Shown here one piece after another: positions 1 through 7,739 of a DNA stretch of 8,087 nucleotides. The stretch is from Zygophlyctis sp. KS116 (taxonomy: Eukaryota > Fungi > Chytridiomycota), in contig BAAFSQ010000388.1 of assembly GCA_054661495.1 (NCBI GenBank), positions 1-8,087 of the forward strand, given 5' to 3'. The notes below the pieces were generated by a model that did no database searches, had not been told where the DNA came from, and worked only from the letters and a program-made list of their open reading frames with translations. The position numbers and the translations under genes were made by a program. Numbering within the stretch: the stretch's first letter is position 1; every line of letters begins with the position of its first letter.

Positions 1-75
1 TTGCTTCAATCCATACAAACTTCTCTTAAGTTTGTAAACCATTGTTTCTTTTCCTGGAACAATGAACCCAGGTGC
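1..75 (-). pseudogene. Ty1/Copia reverse transcriptase (RVT_2-type) fragment, running off the window's left edge
   Basis: Reverse complement of 75..1 translates APGFIVPGKETMVYKLKRSLYGLKQ, matching the Copia RT motif P-x-GF...V-x-x-L-x-[KR]SLYGLKQ. In-frame TAA lies upstream at 81-79. Not in the ORF track. Confidence 0.9.
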
Positions 76-371
76 TTTTTATTAATAACTTTGCAAATAT
101 CTTTATCAACATTCAAAAAAATAGCTAATCGGTTTTTAACTCTTAGCGACCAAACCGAGACCCTTGAGGCTCGTGCTGATTTTCTCGCCTATAGAGCACT
201 ACTTGCTAGAGGGAAAACCACAAGAGGCATACGATTTTCTGAAAGTAGCTTAGTAGAGTTAAATAGCTTGGGGGGTTATTCGGACGAAGGATATCATTAT
301 GCTGTCAAATTTGTAACAAACAAAGAAAAAATGAACAAATATAGGGTAACATTGATGGTCGGTATGCTGAG

Positions 372-401
372 GTAATTTCATTTATTACTTAACTATTAAA
401 G
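372..401 (+). other. Spliceosomal micro-intron 1 of Crypton gene (30 nt)
   Basis: gtaatt...ttaac...aaag. Contains an in-frame TAA. Removal restores GMLR-HKD. Confidence 0.85.
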
Positions 402-531
402 GCACAAAGACATCGAGTTGTGCGCTGTTAGTGCCTTGGCTTTGCACCTATTTCACCGTTTTCATGTACAAAAGGAAGAACGACCAGTTTTATCTGACCG
501 CAATAATTGGTATAATACTTTTTTATTGAAG

Positions 532-559
532 GTAAGAAATAAATGAACTTAAAATTAAG
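532..559 (+). other. Micro-intron 2 of Crypton gene (28 nt)
   Basis: gtaaga...ttaag. Removal gives FLLK-GHGIKEKTYSKQRDSIK. Confidence 0.8.
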
Positions 560-642
560 GGGCATGGTATAAAGGAAAAAACTTATTCAAAACAAAGAGA
601 TTCAATTAAAAATATGAAGCCTTGAATATAAGTTGTAATAAG

Positions 643-670
643 GTATACAAATTTTTTGATGAAATTATAG
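643..670 (+). other. Micro-intron 3 of Crypton gene (28 nt)
   Basis: gtatac...ttatag. Removal gives YEALNISCNK-VTHVGR. Confidence 0.85.
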
Positions 671-974
671 GTTACGCATGTCGGCCGAGCCGGTGGTGCC
701 ATTGACTTGGCACATGCGATGGTAGACCAGTCTTCCATTGAACGGATGGGATTTTGGGGTATGGACTCTGCTTTGACTGGGGCCTACCAAAGCAAAAGCC
801 TGCCAGTTGACTGTCTACACGTTTTGGCTGGCTTTTCAAAAAATGAGGCCTACTTTTTAAAACGAAACTCTATACAGCCACCTCAGGAACTTCAGGAATT
901 AATTTTTCCATGGTTGGAAAATTTATAGGTGGAGGGTCAGGAAAGCATTAAAAAACACGGCTCAGAATTTTCAG

Positions 975-1004
975 GTATAGCTTCTACTGTTTTATTTTTA
1001 TTAG
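975..1004 (+). other. Micro-intron 4 of Crypton gene (30 nt, in-frame)
   Basis: gtatag...T-rich...ttag. Removal gives EFSGLGYVKLLKFLRVVILQD, closer to the family spacing. It has no stop codon, so support is weaker. Confidence 0.7.
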
Positions 1005-1207
1005 GCCTTGGGTATGTAAAACTACTCAAATTTCTCAGAGTGGTAATATTACAAGACTCTGTAAACTATTTAATGGAGGAAAAATATATGCATTTTGATA
1101 TATTCAAGCTGCCCTTGTTCAAATCAGAATTGTTCATCACCTTTTCTCGGGCTCTGCAAACTGGTATGGAGGAGGCTAAAATTCCTAGGAATGAAATATT
1201 AGAAAGG

Positions 1208-1233
1208 GTAGTTCTGTTGATTTTAACTCTTAG
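1208..1233 (+). other. Micro-intron 5 of Crypton gene (26 nt)
   Basis: gtagtt...ttaac...ttag. Removal gives ILER-AVPEIK and links ORF 929 to the frame of ORF 1333. Confidence 0.85.
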
Positions 1234-1529
1234 GCTGTCCCTGAAATCAAAAACAGTCTTGATATAGTACATCAGCTACTAATTAATGGCGAACATTCGC
1301 GTGGAGGAATCCTTGCAGTTCAACAGGAACTGTTGAAATTAGTTTCTATTCAGAAGCAAGTCAATTCTATGATATTAAGTAATCAAAGCCTGCAGCGAGG
1401 GATTGTTAATGCTGCTTCTTCTTTAGCAACTGCAGTATCAGTAAACTCTGATTTTTCAAATGCTCCAACAGCTGTTCCACAAGCTGATTGTTTTAATTTA
1501 GAGGTTCAACCTGAATCCACTGAAAAGCA

Positions 1530-1688
1530 AACGATATACCTATTATTAAGCTTGGCTCTCACCAGGTAGTGCAAACAGTCATGGAAGCCTGGGAAGAGTG
1601 GAAGAAGCCATGGGATGGGCATTTCTCAATTGAAGAGTTGATTAAAAGTTATGGGGATAAATGGCCTGATAAAAGTGACTCAGAAATA
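1530..1688 (+). pseudogene. GCR1_C-like DNA-binding domain of the Crypton, 3'-truncated
   Basis: Frame 3 reads IKLGSHQVVQTVMEAWEEWKKPWDGHFSIEELIKSYGDKW, fitting the GCR1_C pattern TV..[AL]W.EW......SI..L...YG..W. Confidence 0.8.
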
Positions 1689-2525
1689 AGATAGAGGCAA
1701 AGATTCATAGCATTCAAGAATTGACAACATTACGTCCGGAACAATATGAAAATCTGACGTCGTTCAATCTACGTCACCGAAAAATGTACACCGAGGAATT
1801 GATTAAAGATATATATTTGAAAACATTGAAGACAATAGATCAGGAAATATGGTGGATTTGCATACGAGATGAAACGTTAAAGACTTATGCTGAAGTATTG
1901 GTCAAGGCAGCTGAGTCAGATGAATTAAAGCGTTCGTCTGATGAAATCAGTGAGAGGAAAGAAACACGCGGAGAAACTTCTAATTTTGCAAGAGTATCAG
2001 ATGTCAATGAACTAGCGTAGCAGTTTAGATCTCTTGCATTAATGATAAATAAGCAGAAGGCATCACGACCCTTAGATGAAGTTAAATGTTATAATTGCAA
2101 TGAGATGGGTCATTATTCTAGCAATTGTACTGCCCCAGCCAGAGATCGTGAACGACGATCATTCCGAGATAACCAAAGACCAAAAGAACCAGGCGCTTCT
2201 CCGGCTACAGGTGCTAATGCAATACCATTGGGACTAGGTGAAGGATTTCTGGCAATGGAAAAAGAACCGACTACAGCCATGCTTGCAAATGAAGCTTTTA
2301 CGACAAATGAAACCTTTTCTTATAAGAGAATGAGAGTAGATAATTTAGTTAACCAGCGACAAACTTCTACTTCAACAAATACCGAAGGAAAGAAAAATTT
2401 TGGGTTGGATCCTAAGATGAGCAGTCAGTAATACTCTTAAAATAGACGGTAATTCTGTTGTTGAACGGATTTTAAACGAACCAGAACCTATAACAACAAT
2501 AGAGCTTTTGAATGGTGAAATAAAA
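1688..2525 (+). pseudogene. Gypsy gag remnant with zinc knuckle
   Basis: Reads KIEAKIHSIQELTTLRPEQYENLTSFNLR..., with an in-frame TAG at 2018-2020 (ELA*QFRSLAL). CX2CX4HX4C motif CYNCNEMGHYSSNC at 2087-2128. Frame change near 2420. Confidence 0.85.
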
Positions 2526-3238
2526 CCATTCGGTATATTTGGATTTAATGTTATGCCTTTCGGCCTTACAAACGCACCCGCTCATTTCTCACGTATTATG
2601 AACAGAATATTTCACGATTATTTATTCCTTTTTGTATTAATTTATTTGGACGATTTGTGTATCGTCTCTAGTACTTTGGAACACGTAAAGTTGGTTTTTG
2701 ATAGATTACGTATATTTGGTGTACGTCTGAAATTTACGTAACCCTCAATGGTCTGGCTTCCTATTTTCGTCGATTTATTCCTTCTTTTGCTGAAATAACA
2801 TTACCACTTTCTAGTTTACTCAAATTACCGTCAAAGAGTGTTTTCATTTGGGGGGAGGAGCAGCAGCAAGCATTTGAAGCCATCAAGCATATATTTATAT
2901 CAGAACCTCTTCTTAAAATGCCAACAACAGAAGGAAAATTTATTTTATCTACTGATGCCTCTAGTTTTGCTATAGGAGCATGTTTAGAACAAGTACAGGA
3001 CGATACAGTTGTACCGATTTGTTATTTCTCTAGAGTATTGCAAGCAGCTGAAAAGAACTATTCAGCATATGAGAAAGAAGCATTAGCAGTTATATGTGCT
3101 GTCAAACAGCCCAGAAAATATTTGTTACCGAATAATTTTATTATTTACACTGATAATTCTGCAGTAGCCAGTCTTCTCAACGCCAAAGATCCAGTTGGAC
3201 GAATCATAAGATGGACTAATTCATTAATGGAATATAAT
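2526..3238 (+). pseudogene. Gypsy RT (C-terminal half), connection domain and RNase H
   Basis: PFG...VMPFGLTNAP and YLDD (2643-2654). After a deletion at ~2740: GLASYFRRFIPSFA...WGEEQQQAFE, then TDAS, AEKNYSAYEKEALAV, YTDN, GRIIRW. Confidence 0.95.
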
Positions 3239-3240
3239 TA

Positions 3241-4475
3241 ACCCTAGCCGATTTTCTACCTCGCAATCCGGTCTTTTTCACTACTGAAGTTACGGGATCA
3301 TCATCTACATTATCATATGAGGAAATTATAAACAAACTCAAGCAAAATTACGGGGAAAATGCATCCTCAAAGGAGTTACGACAGCTTAAGCGGTTTATTT
3401 TAATTGACAATGTTTTATTTAGACAGACGGCGTCAACCCCAAAGTATGTGTTTAAGGACGAAAATGAAACATTTGATATATTACGACGACTTCATAACGG
3501 AATGGGACATTTTAGCTTTGAAACAATTTATAAATGGGTAAAGGAAAGATACTGGAGTAAAACCCTTTATAATGATGTAAAACGATATTTTTCTTCATGT
3601 TTACAATGCCAAAGATTTCAATTAAAGAAGCCTATATATAAATTCTCGGGACGATCGTCCATTTCAGGGATGTTTCAAGAATTTGCCATAGACTTTTTGG
3701 GACCTTTTCCCACTACCCCTGATGGATTTAAATTTATTTTAGTAGCAGTAGAAAAATTATCTCGTTATCCCATAGCAAAAGTGTATAAGAATCAATTAGC
3801 AATCACTGCAGTCGAATTTGTCAAAACCGAATTATTGCTCATTACGGTTGCCCAACAGTTTTAACAGTTGATAGGGGTTCATGCTTTGTGTCTTCGTTAT
3901 TTAAAAGTATGGCTCAAGAGTACAATATTAAGTTGAATTTTACTCCAGCATATCAGCCCGAATGGAATGGAACAGTCGAACGTCTAAACAATACAATCAG
4001 ATACGCTTTAACAAAAACTATTAAAGGAAAGTTTATAGATTGGAATTATTTCTTGCCTCAAATTCTATTTGGTATAAGAGCAAGAATCAGCAACGCTACA
4101 GGATACTCACCATTTTTCTTGATGTATGGGACACATACAAAACTACCAGGAAAGTATAATTTAATCGACCCTCTTTGTGAAATACTACCTGAACTTCGTA
4201 CCTTAGCATTTGCTAATCTACCTGGTCACCGCTCAACGTTAATTCATGACTCCATTAGCTCTTCAAAAATTAAAACATTTGAAGTGAATGATCTTGTTAT
4301 GTTCCTAGATCCATCCATTCGTAAAACTAAGATAAGAGACAAGAAAACAGCTCGGTATTATGGCTCTTTTAAAGTCCTAGGATGTCATTCTCACAATACT
4401 TATACACTTGAATCAAAGTCAGGTCAACGTTCTCTTATTCATGCGTGTCGTCTTCGTAAATTCATTCCTAGCTAA
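3241..4475 (+). pseudogene. Gypsy integrase (HHCC zinc finger, DDE core, GPY/F-like tail), frameshifted
   Basis: LADFLPR (end of RNase H), LHNGMGH...CLQC, IDFLGPF, frameshift near 3830 into HYGCPTVLTVDRG, PEWNGTVERLN, RYYGSFKV, stop TAA at 4473-4475. Confidence 0.95.
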
Positions 4476-4502
4476 GCTGATGTTGCATGGTGTGCTGATT
4501 CT

Positions 4503-4513
4503 GGTGGGTGGAG
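4503..4513 (+). promoter_or_regulatory. Polypurine tract (plus-strand primer) of the Gypsy element
   Basis: GGTGGGTGGAG lies 28 nt after the integrase stop and is directly followed by TGTAAAG. Confidence 0.7.
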
Positions 4514-4561
4514 TGTAAAGGTCCAAAGTATAAAATGTCCGAATGCAAAGTCATAGTTACA
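4514..4561 (+). repeat. 3' LTR remnant (start well supported, end tentative)
   Basis: Begins TGTAA right after the PPT. An inverted TTACA occurs at 4557-4561. No second LTR copy is present to confirm it. Confidence 0.45.
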
Positions 4562-4658
4562 TCATTTAGATTAATCAAGATTGGATTAGTTCTATTTGTT
4601 AAGTGATTGTTTAAGAGTTAAGAGAAAAAACTTTATTGAACCAACCACCCCATATTTT

Positions 4659-5075
4659 TTAATATCCCCGATACTTCTTGGATAACTGTGCTTCAGTAAG
4701 CATCGACCTTATACACTCTTGCAAGGTTCTATTCATCCTTTCTCCAACTCCATTTTGTTGCGGGGTATATAGGATAGAGCTTTGTTGAAGTACTCTATTT
4801 TCTTCCAAGAAATCTCTAAAACTGTTTGAGAAATATTCTCCCCCATTGTCAGATCTAATTATACCAATTAGATCTGACACTATTTATGACAATCATAAAC
4901 AGTTCTGTAAATTTGGTGAAGATTTCTGATTTTTGACGGATTAAATATGCAGCAAAATCCCGAAAAATCATCAATGAAGGTAACAAAACACCTAAATCCA
5001 CCTAGAGCATTGACTTCAAATGGACCACAAGCGTCCGAATGAATTAAGCCAAATTTACGTGGATTTCTTTGACTT
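4659..5075 (-). pseudogene. Ty1/Copia integrase core fragment, frameshifted
   Basis: Minus strand reads GLIHSDACGPF...GGFRCFVTFIDDFS / YLIRQKSEIFTKF / IIRSDNGGEY...YTPQQNGVGERMNRTLQECIRSML, the Copia D-D-E motifs. Confidence 0.93.
4847..4879. repeat. Perfect 14-bp inverted repeat with 5-nt spacer
   Basis: TGTCAGATCTAATT (4847-4860) - atacc - AATTAGATCTGACA (4866-4879). Confidence 0.95.
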
Positions 5076-5084
5076 CTCTCACCA

Positions 5085-5540
5085 AATATTATTGACTCAA
5101 ATGCGCCAAATTCAAACAGAGATTTATAAAATACTACCAGCTTTTAATAATTCAGTGGGTAATACCATTGCTGGAATAATTCAAGAGTTTGAAGAACGAA
5201 CTATTGGGGCTGGTACAGTAACTCGAGATGGTCTGGAGGGACTTTTAAGGTTGACACTAGAGCAAGTTCTTGCTGAAAGAGGAATGTGAGTTTCTAATGA
5301 ACCAGCAGATATTGTTGAAAATTTAAAAATTGAAAGTGCTGTCTATACACATAATGGTCGTTTAATTAAATTGCCAGTTAATTTTAAATTTCCTTTTTGT
5401 ACAGTAGAAGAAGCCTGGCAAAACTGGATGCTTAGAGACACAATGAAGGGAATTCCAAAATTAAGAAGCTGTGAACCAATCGATTTTACGGACAGAAATC
5501 AAAGAAAAAGGTTTAGTGATTTCTCCTACTTAATGCTTAA
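5085..5540 (+). pseudogene. C-terminal region of a second, CryptonS-like tyrosine-recombinase element (GCR1_C-like W-x-x-W domain)
   Basis: ORFs 5020 and 5371 share one frame, split by TGA at 5287-5289: EERTIGAGTVTRDGL...KLPVNFKFP...AWQNW...GIPKLR...RKRFSDFSYLM. From memory this resembles the tails of oomycete Crypton-like proteins. The catalytic domain is absent. Confidence 0.6.
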
Positions 5541-5551
5541 GGTTAGGGTTA
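5541..5551 (+). repeat. Telomere-type (TTAGGG)n micro-tract at an element junction
   Basis: GGTTAGGGTTA lies exactly between two convergent truncated coding fragments. Confidence 0.75.
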
Positions 5552-6272
5552 TTCTGTTGCTCCTTTAGTTTTTGTAATATTTTTAAACTTTCCCCTACCG
5601 TGAAAATTTAAATACATCGTACGATGTTTATTATAATCTGTTATTTGACTAATCATCTTCTTACCTTTCTGAGAGTACAACTTACTGAAGAAAGTTTCAG
5701 CCTCATTCAAAACCTGCAACATTACCCCTTTGTTTAACATCAACTGGCTGGTGAGACCTTCCAAAGTCCCATCTAAAAACAAAAGATCTACAAAGTTTTG
5801 ATTTTCCGATATCATTCTGTTAATTTCGCTTAGGGGTCCAACCATTGTCTTGAGAATTGGGGATTTTTTTGTTCCCTTCTTTCCCACCAATAGTGAGTAA
5901 ATGATCAGCGGCTCCTCCCAGCTAAGGTCAAAATCTGGTTTTACGTAGCAGTTCGATCCTGAAAGAAAAGAAACAATTGGAGTTAAAACGTATAACTGGA
6001 AATTAGACATTATACTGACCTATCATGTTAATTAAATCGGCAGTTCTTTCACCACAACAATCAGTGATCAGAGGAACGACTCCTAGACAGTCGAAAACTC
6101 TACTCCTTAAAAATCAAAAGATTACCGCTGCGTTACAGTCTCGTCCCATTCACGCTTGGACTTTTTCCTGGTAGGGCTGAATAATTATTACAATCAAGAT
6201 TTACGTGTCAAAGACCATAGAAAAACTCCTTTTTATTGAAGGTGAGGAATCACATGCTTCCGATATTAACAT
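5552..6272 (-). pseudogene. DUF3987/YfjI-like P-loop NTPase (putative helicase) gene with micro-introns, 3'-truncated
   Basis: WEEPLIIYSLLVGKKGTKKSP (Walker A-like), DGTLEGL, LQVLNEAETFF (Walker B-like). Model: ATG at 6272, introns 6204-6177 (28 nt), 6125-6100 (26 nt), possibly 6019-5996 (24 nt), and 5664-5638 (27 nt). One frameshift is required near 6020. Confidence 0.72.
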
Positions 6273-6333
6273 GTTTTTTTGAATAATTTAAGATGCTTTT
6301 AGGACGCGTCGTGAATTCTTATTTATTTTGACA

Positions 6334-6922
6334 TCATTTAATAATTTGTCCAATCATATTTAATATAATATTCCGAAAATTGAAAGTGGAAAATTGAAAA
6401 AGAAAATTTGTTAAGAGTTGAACTTGCAACATGAGAAATATTTTCGGTCCATTAGGAAAACATTTTTTTACTGAAGAGAAATTTTCTGTATGCTTTAAGA
6501 GGCTTTCGTTAATATTTGATTCATCTAAAGAGTTTTCTTTGTCCATTCCTTGATTGCATATTTTAAGAGTGTTTTTCCAATAAATGTTTGGGAAAGCACA
6601 TTTTTCATTTATGTTTCCAAGTTTTTTAAGAAAGAATTGATACCATGCTGGAATCTCATCCCATGTCTTACGTTTCATCCATGGAAAATGTAGCACTAAA
6701 TCCTCAAAAGATAGTAATAACTTTGGATTTGAAGGTAGTTTCAGTTTATTAAGATCAAGATTGAGTCTATACATTACTTTGCATCCTTAGCATAAATTTC
6801 ATCTGGCCTTTCAACCAGAATCTGTTTGATCGGCTCAAATGATAAGTGTTTAAAGTTAACATTATTGTCATATATCAAGTTAATAAAGTACTTTATGAAT
6901 GTGTCAATGCAGTTTTTAATTT
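6334..6922 (-). pseudogene. Unassigned ORF remnant, cut at its 5' side by the pogo insertion
   Basis: Two overlapping minus-strand ORFs meet at TAATG (6776-6772), together ~195 codons in very AT-rich DNA. No motif recognised. Confidence 0.3.
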
Positions 6923-6924
6923 TA

Positions 6925-6949
6925 CCGTAATTCCGATGGTCGAACGAAC
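6925..6949 (+). repeat. Left terminal inverted repeat of the pogo element
   Basis: CCGTA terminus after TA, typical of a pogo subgroup. The core TGGTCGAACGAAC is the exact reverse complement of 8067-8079. Confidence 0.8.
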
Positions 6950-6986
6950 ACCTCGGAGCTTTTTTCGAAAATTTATTTGTGAGAGA

Positions 6987-7006
6987 GTTCGGTCGACCAT
7001 CGGAAT
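6987..7006 (-). repeat. Internal inverted copy of the TIR motif
   Basis: GTTCGGTCGACCATCGGAAT is 19/20 identical to the reverse complement of 6930-6949. Confidence 0.9.
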
Positions 7007-7737
7007 GGAATTCACTCCTGTACACAAGAGACAAAGAACTTATAATTTTGATTTAAGCGAAAAAAAGAAGTTACTTATTTTAGCAAATAAAAGTTCTCCT
7101 TCACAGGTTTGTGCTGATTACAATATACCAAAAGGGCCGTTCGCTGGTTGGAAGAAAACAATAGATATCGATGTAGATTATGTTAAAAGACAATATACGT
7201 TGCATCCGGGACCTAAATCTAAGGGGCAACACTTGGAAACAGTTATTGATACGTTTATTGAAAGAAGAGAAGAAGGTCAACAGGAATGTACAGTAAATTC
7301 TATTGTATTTGAAATTATAAGCTTTGATTATGATTTCATGGATGCAGATTATTACAAAATAAGAAAGTGGGGCTACCTTACTAGAAACAATTATTCTATT
7401 CGCAGCAAGACTCATGTTGCTCAAAAAGCTTGTAACGTTGAAATATGTTTGGATTTTGTTATGTATGCCAATGAAATCAAGGAACACTTAAATATTCATC
7501 CTGATTTTGTGATAAATATGGATGAAACACCTTCTTGCTATTATGATAACCGGCCAAATACGAAGGTCGTTTCAAAGGGTGCCAGATCAGTTAATGGTGC
7601 ACAAACAAAAAAAAGGAAATTATCGAGCTACTGTTTGTCTAGCTGTTACTGCTTCAGGGAGAAAGTTGGAGCCTTTAATTATTTATAAAGGACAACCCGG
7701 TAAAACGAATGAGAAAAAAGCAACAGTTGGAATGGTC
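7005..7737 (+). pseudogene. pogo transposase remnant (N-terminal HTH, CENP-B/Tc5-type HTH, start of DDE_1)
   Basis: MEFTPVHKRQRTYNFDLSEKKKLL...WKK; KWGY-LTRNNYSIRSKTHVAQK; VINMDETP (first catalytic D); frameshift in A8 at 7607-7614, then RATVCLAVTASGRKLEPLIIYKG. Truncated before the other catalytic residues. Confidence 0.92.
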
Positions 7738-7739
7738 TA

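Larger units (their letters stand above)
105..1688 (+). mobile_element. Crypton (CryptonF-type) tyrosine-recombinase DNA transposon, decayed and truncated at both ends
   Basis: Spliced translation gives Crypton/NDC10-II-like motifs: ARADFL...LLARG (catalytic R), KEKMNKY (GKTN-like), GMLRHKDIELCAVSALALHLFHRF, RNNWYNTFLLKG, KVTHVGRAGGA (HxxR), IERMGFW, LTGAY (catalytic Y), LAGFS, IFPWLE, LLKFLRVVILQDS, and a C-terminal GCR1_C-like domain. Boundaries approximate. Confidence 0.9.
105..1688 (+). pseudogene. Crypton recombinase pseudogene; exons ~105-371, 402-531, 560-642, 671-974, 1005-1207, 1234-~1688
   Basis: Removing five GT-AG micro-introns joins conserved blocks. Lesions: frameshift in the A-run at 608-612, in-frame TAG at 926-928, frameshift at ~1522-1530, and truncation after KWPDKSDSE. 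Confidence 0.85.
1688..4561 (+). mobile_element. Ty3/Gypsy LTR retrotransposon, 5'-truncated with multiple internal deletions
   Basis: Domain order is gag (CCHC)-RT-RNase H-integrase, followed by a purine-rich tract and TG. No 5' LTR, PBS or protease is visible. Right boundary uncertain. Confidence 0.93.

Noticed and set aside
1066-1272. Minus-strand 68-aa ORF
   Set aside because: Antisense shadow of the Crypton exon, with no motif.
1441-1501. Possible extra Crypton introns (1441-1471 or 1474-1501)
   Set aside because: Neither reaches the GCR1_C frame, and both hit stop codons.
5020-5084. N-terminus of ORF 5020 (and likewise the first ~30 codons of ORF 1..375)
   Set aside because: These are antisense to Copia coding fragments, so they are chance open frames across junctions rather than real fusions.
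5286-5308. Intron-like gtgagt...ctaat...cag covering the TGA at 5287
   Set aside because: Either acceptor (20 or 23 nt) shifts the frame into a stop within a few codons, whereas unspliced read-through keeps the frame.
5830-5835. Single TTAGGG hexamer (also aaccct at 3501 and tagggta at 342)
   Set aside because: Lies inside uninterrupted coding sequence, and single 6-7-mers are expected by chance.
6846-7004. N-terminal extension of the 280-aa ORF
   Set aside because: It crosses the TA/TIR boundary at 6923-6925. ATG 7005 is the plausible start.
7101-7487. Minus-strand 128-aa ORF
   Set aside because: Antisense shadow of the pogo transposase.
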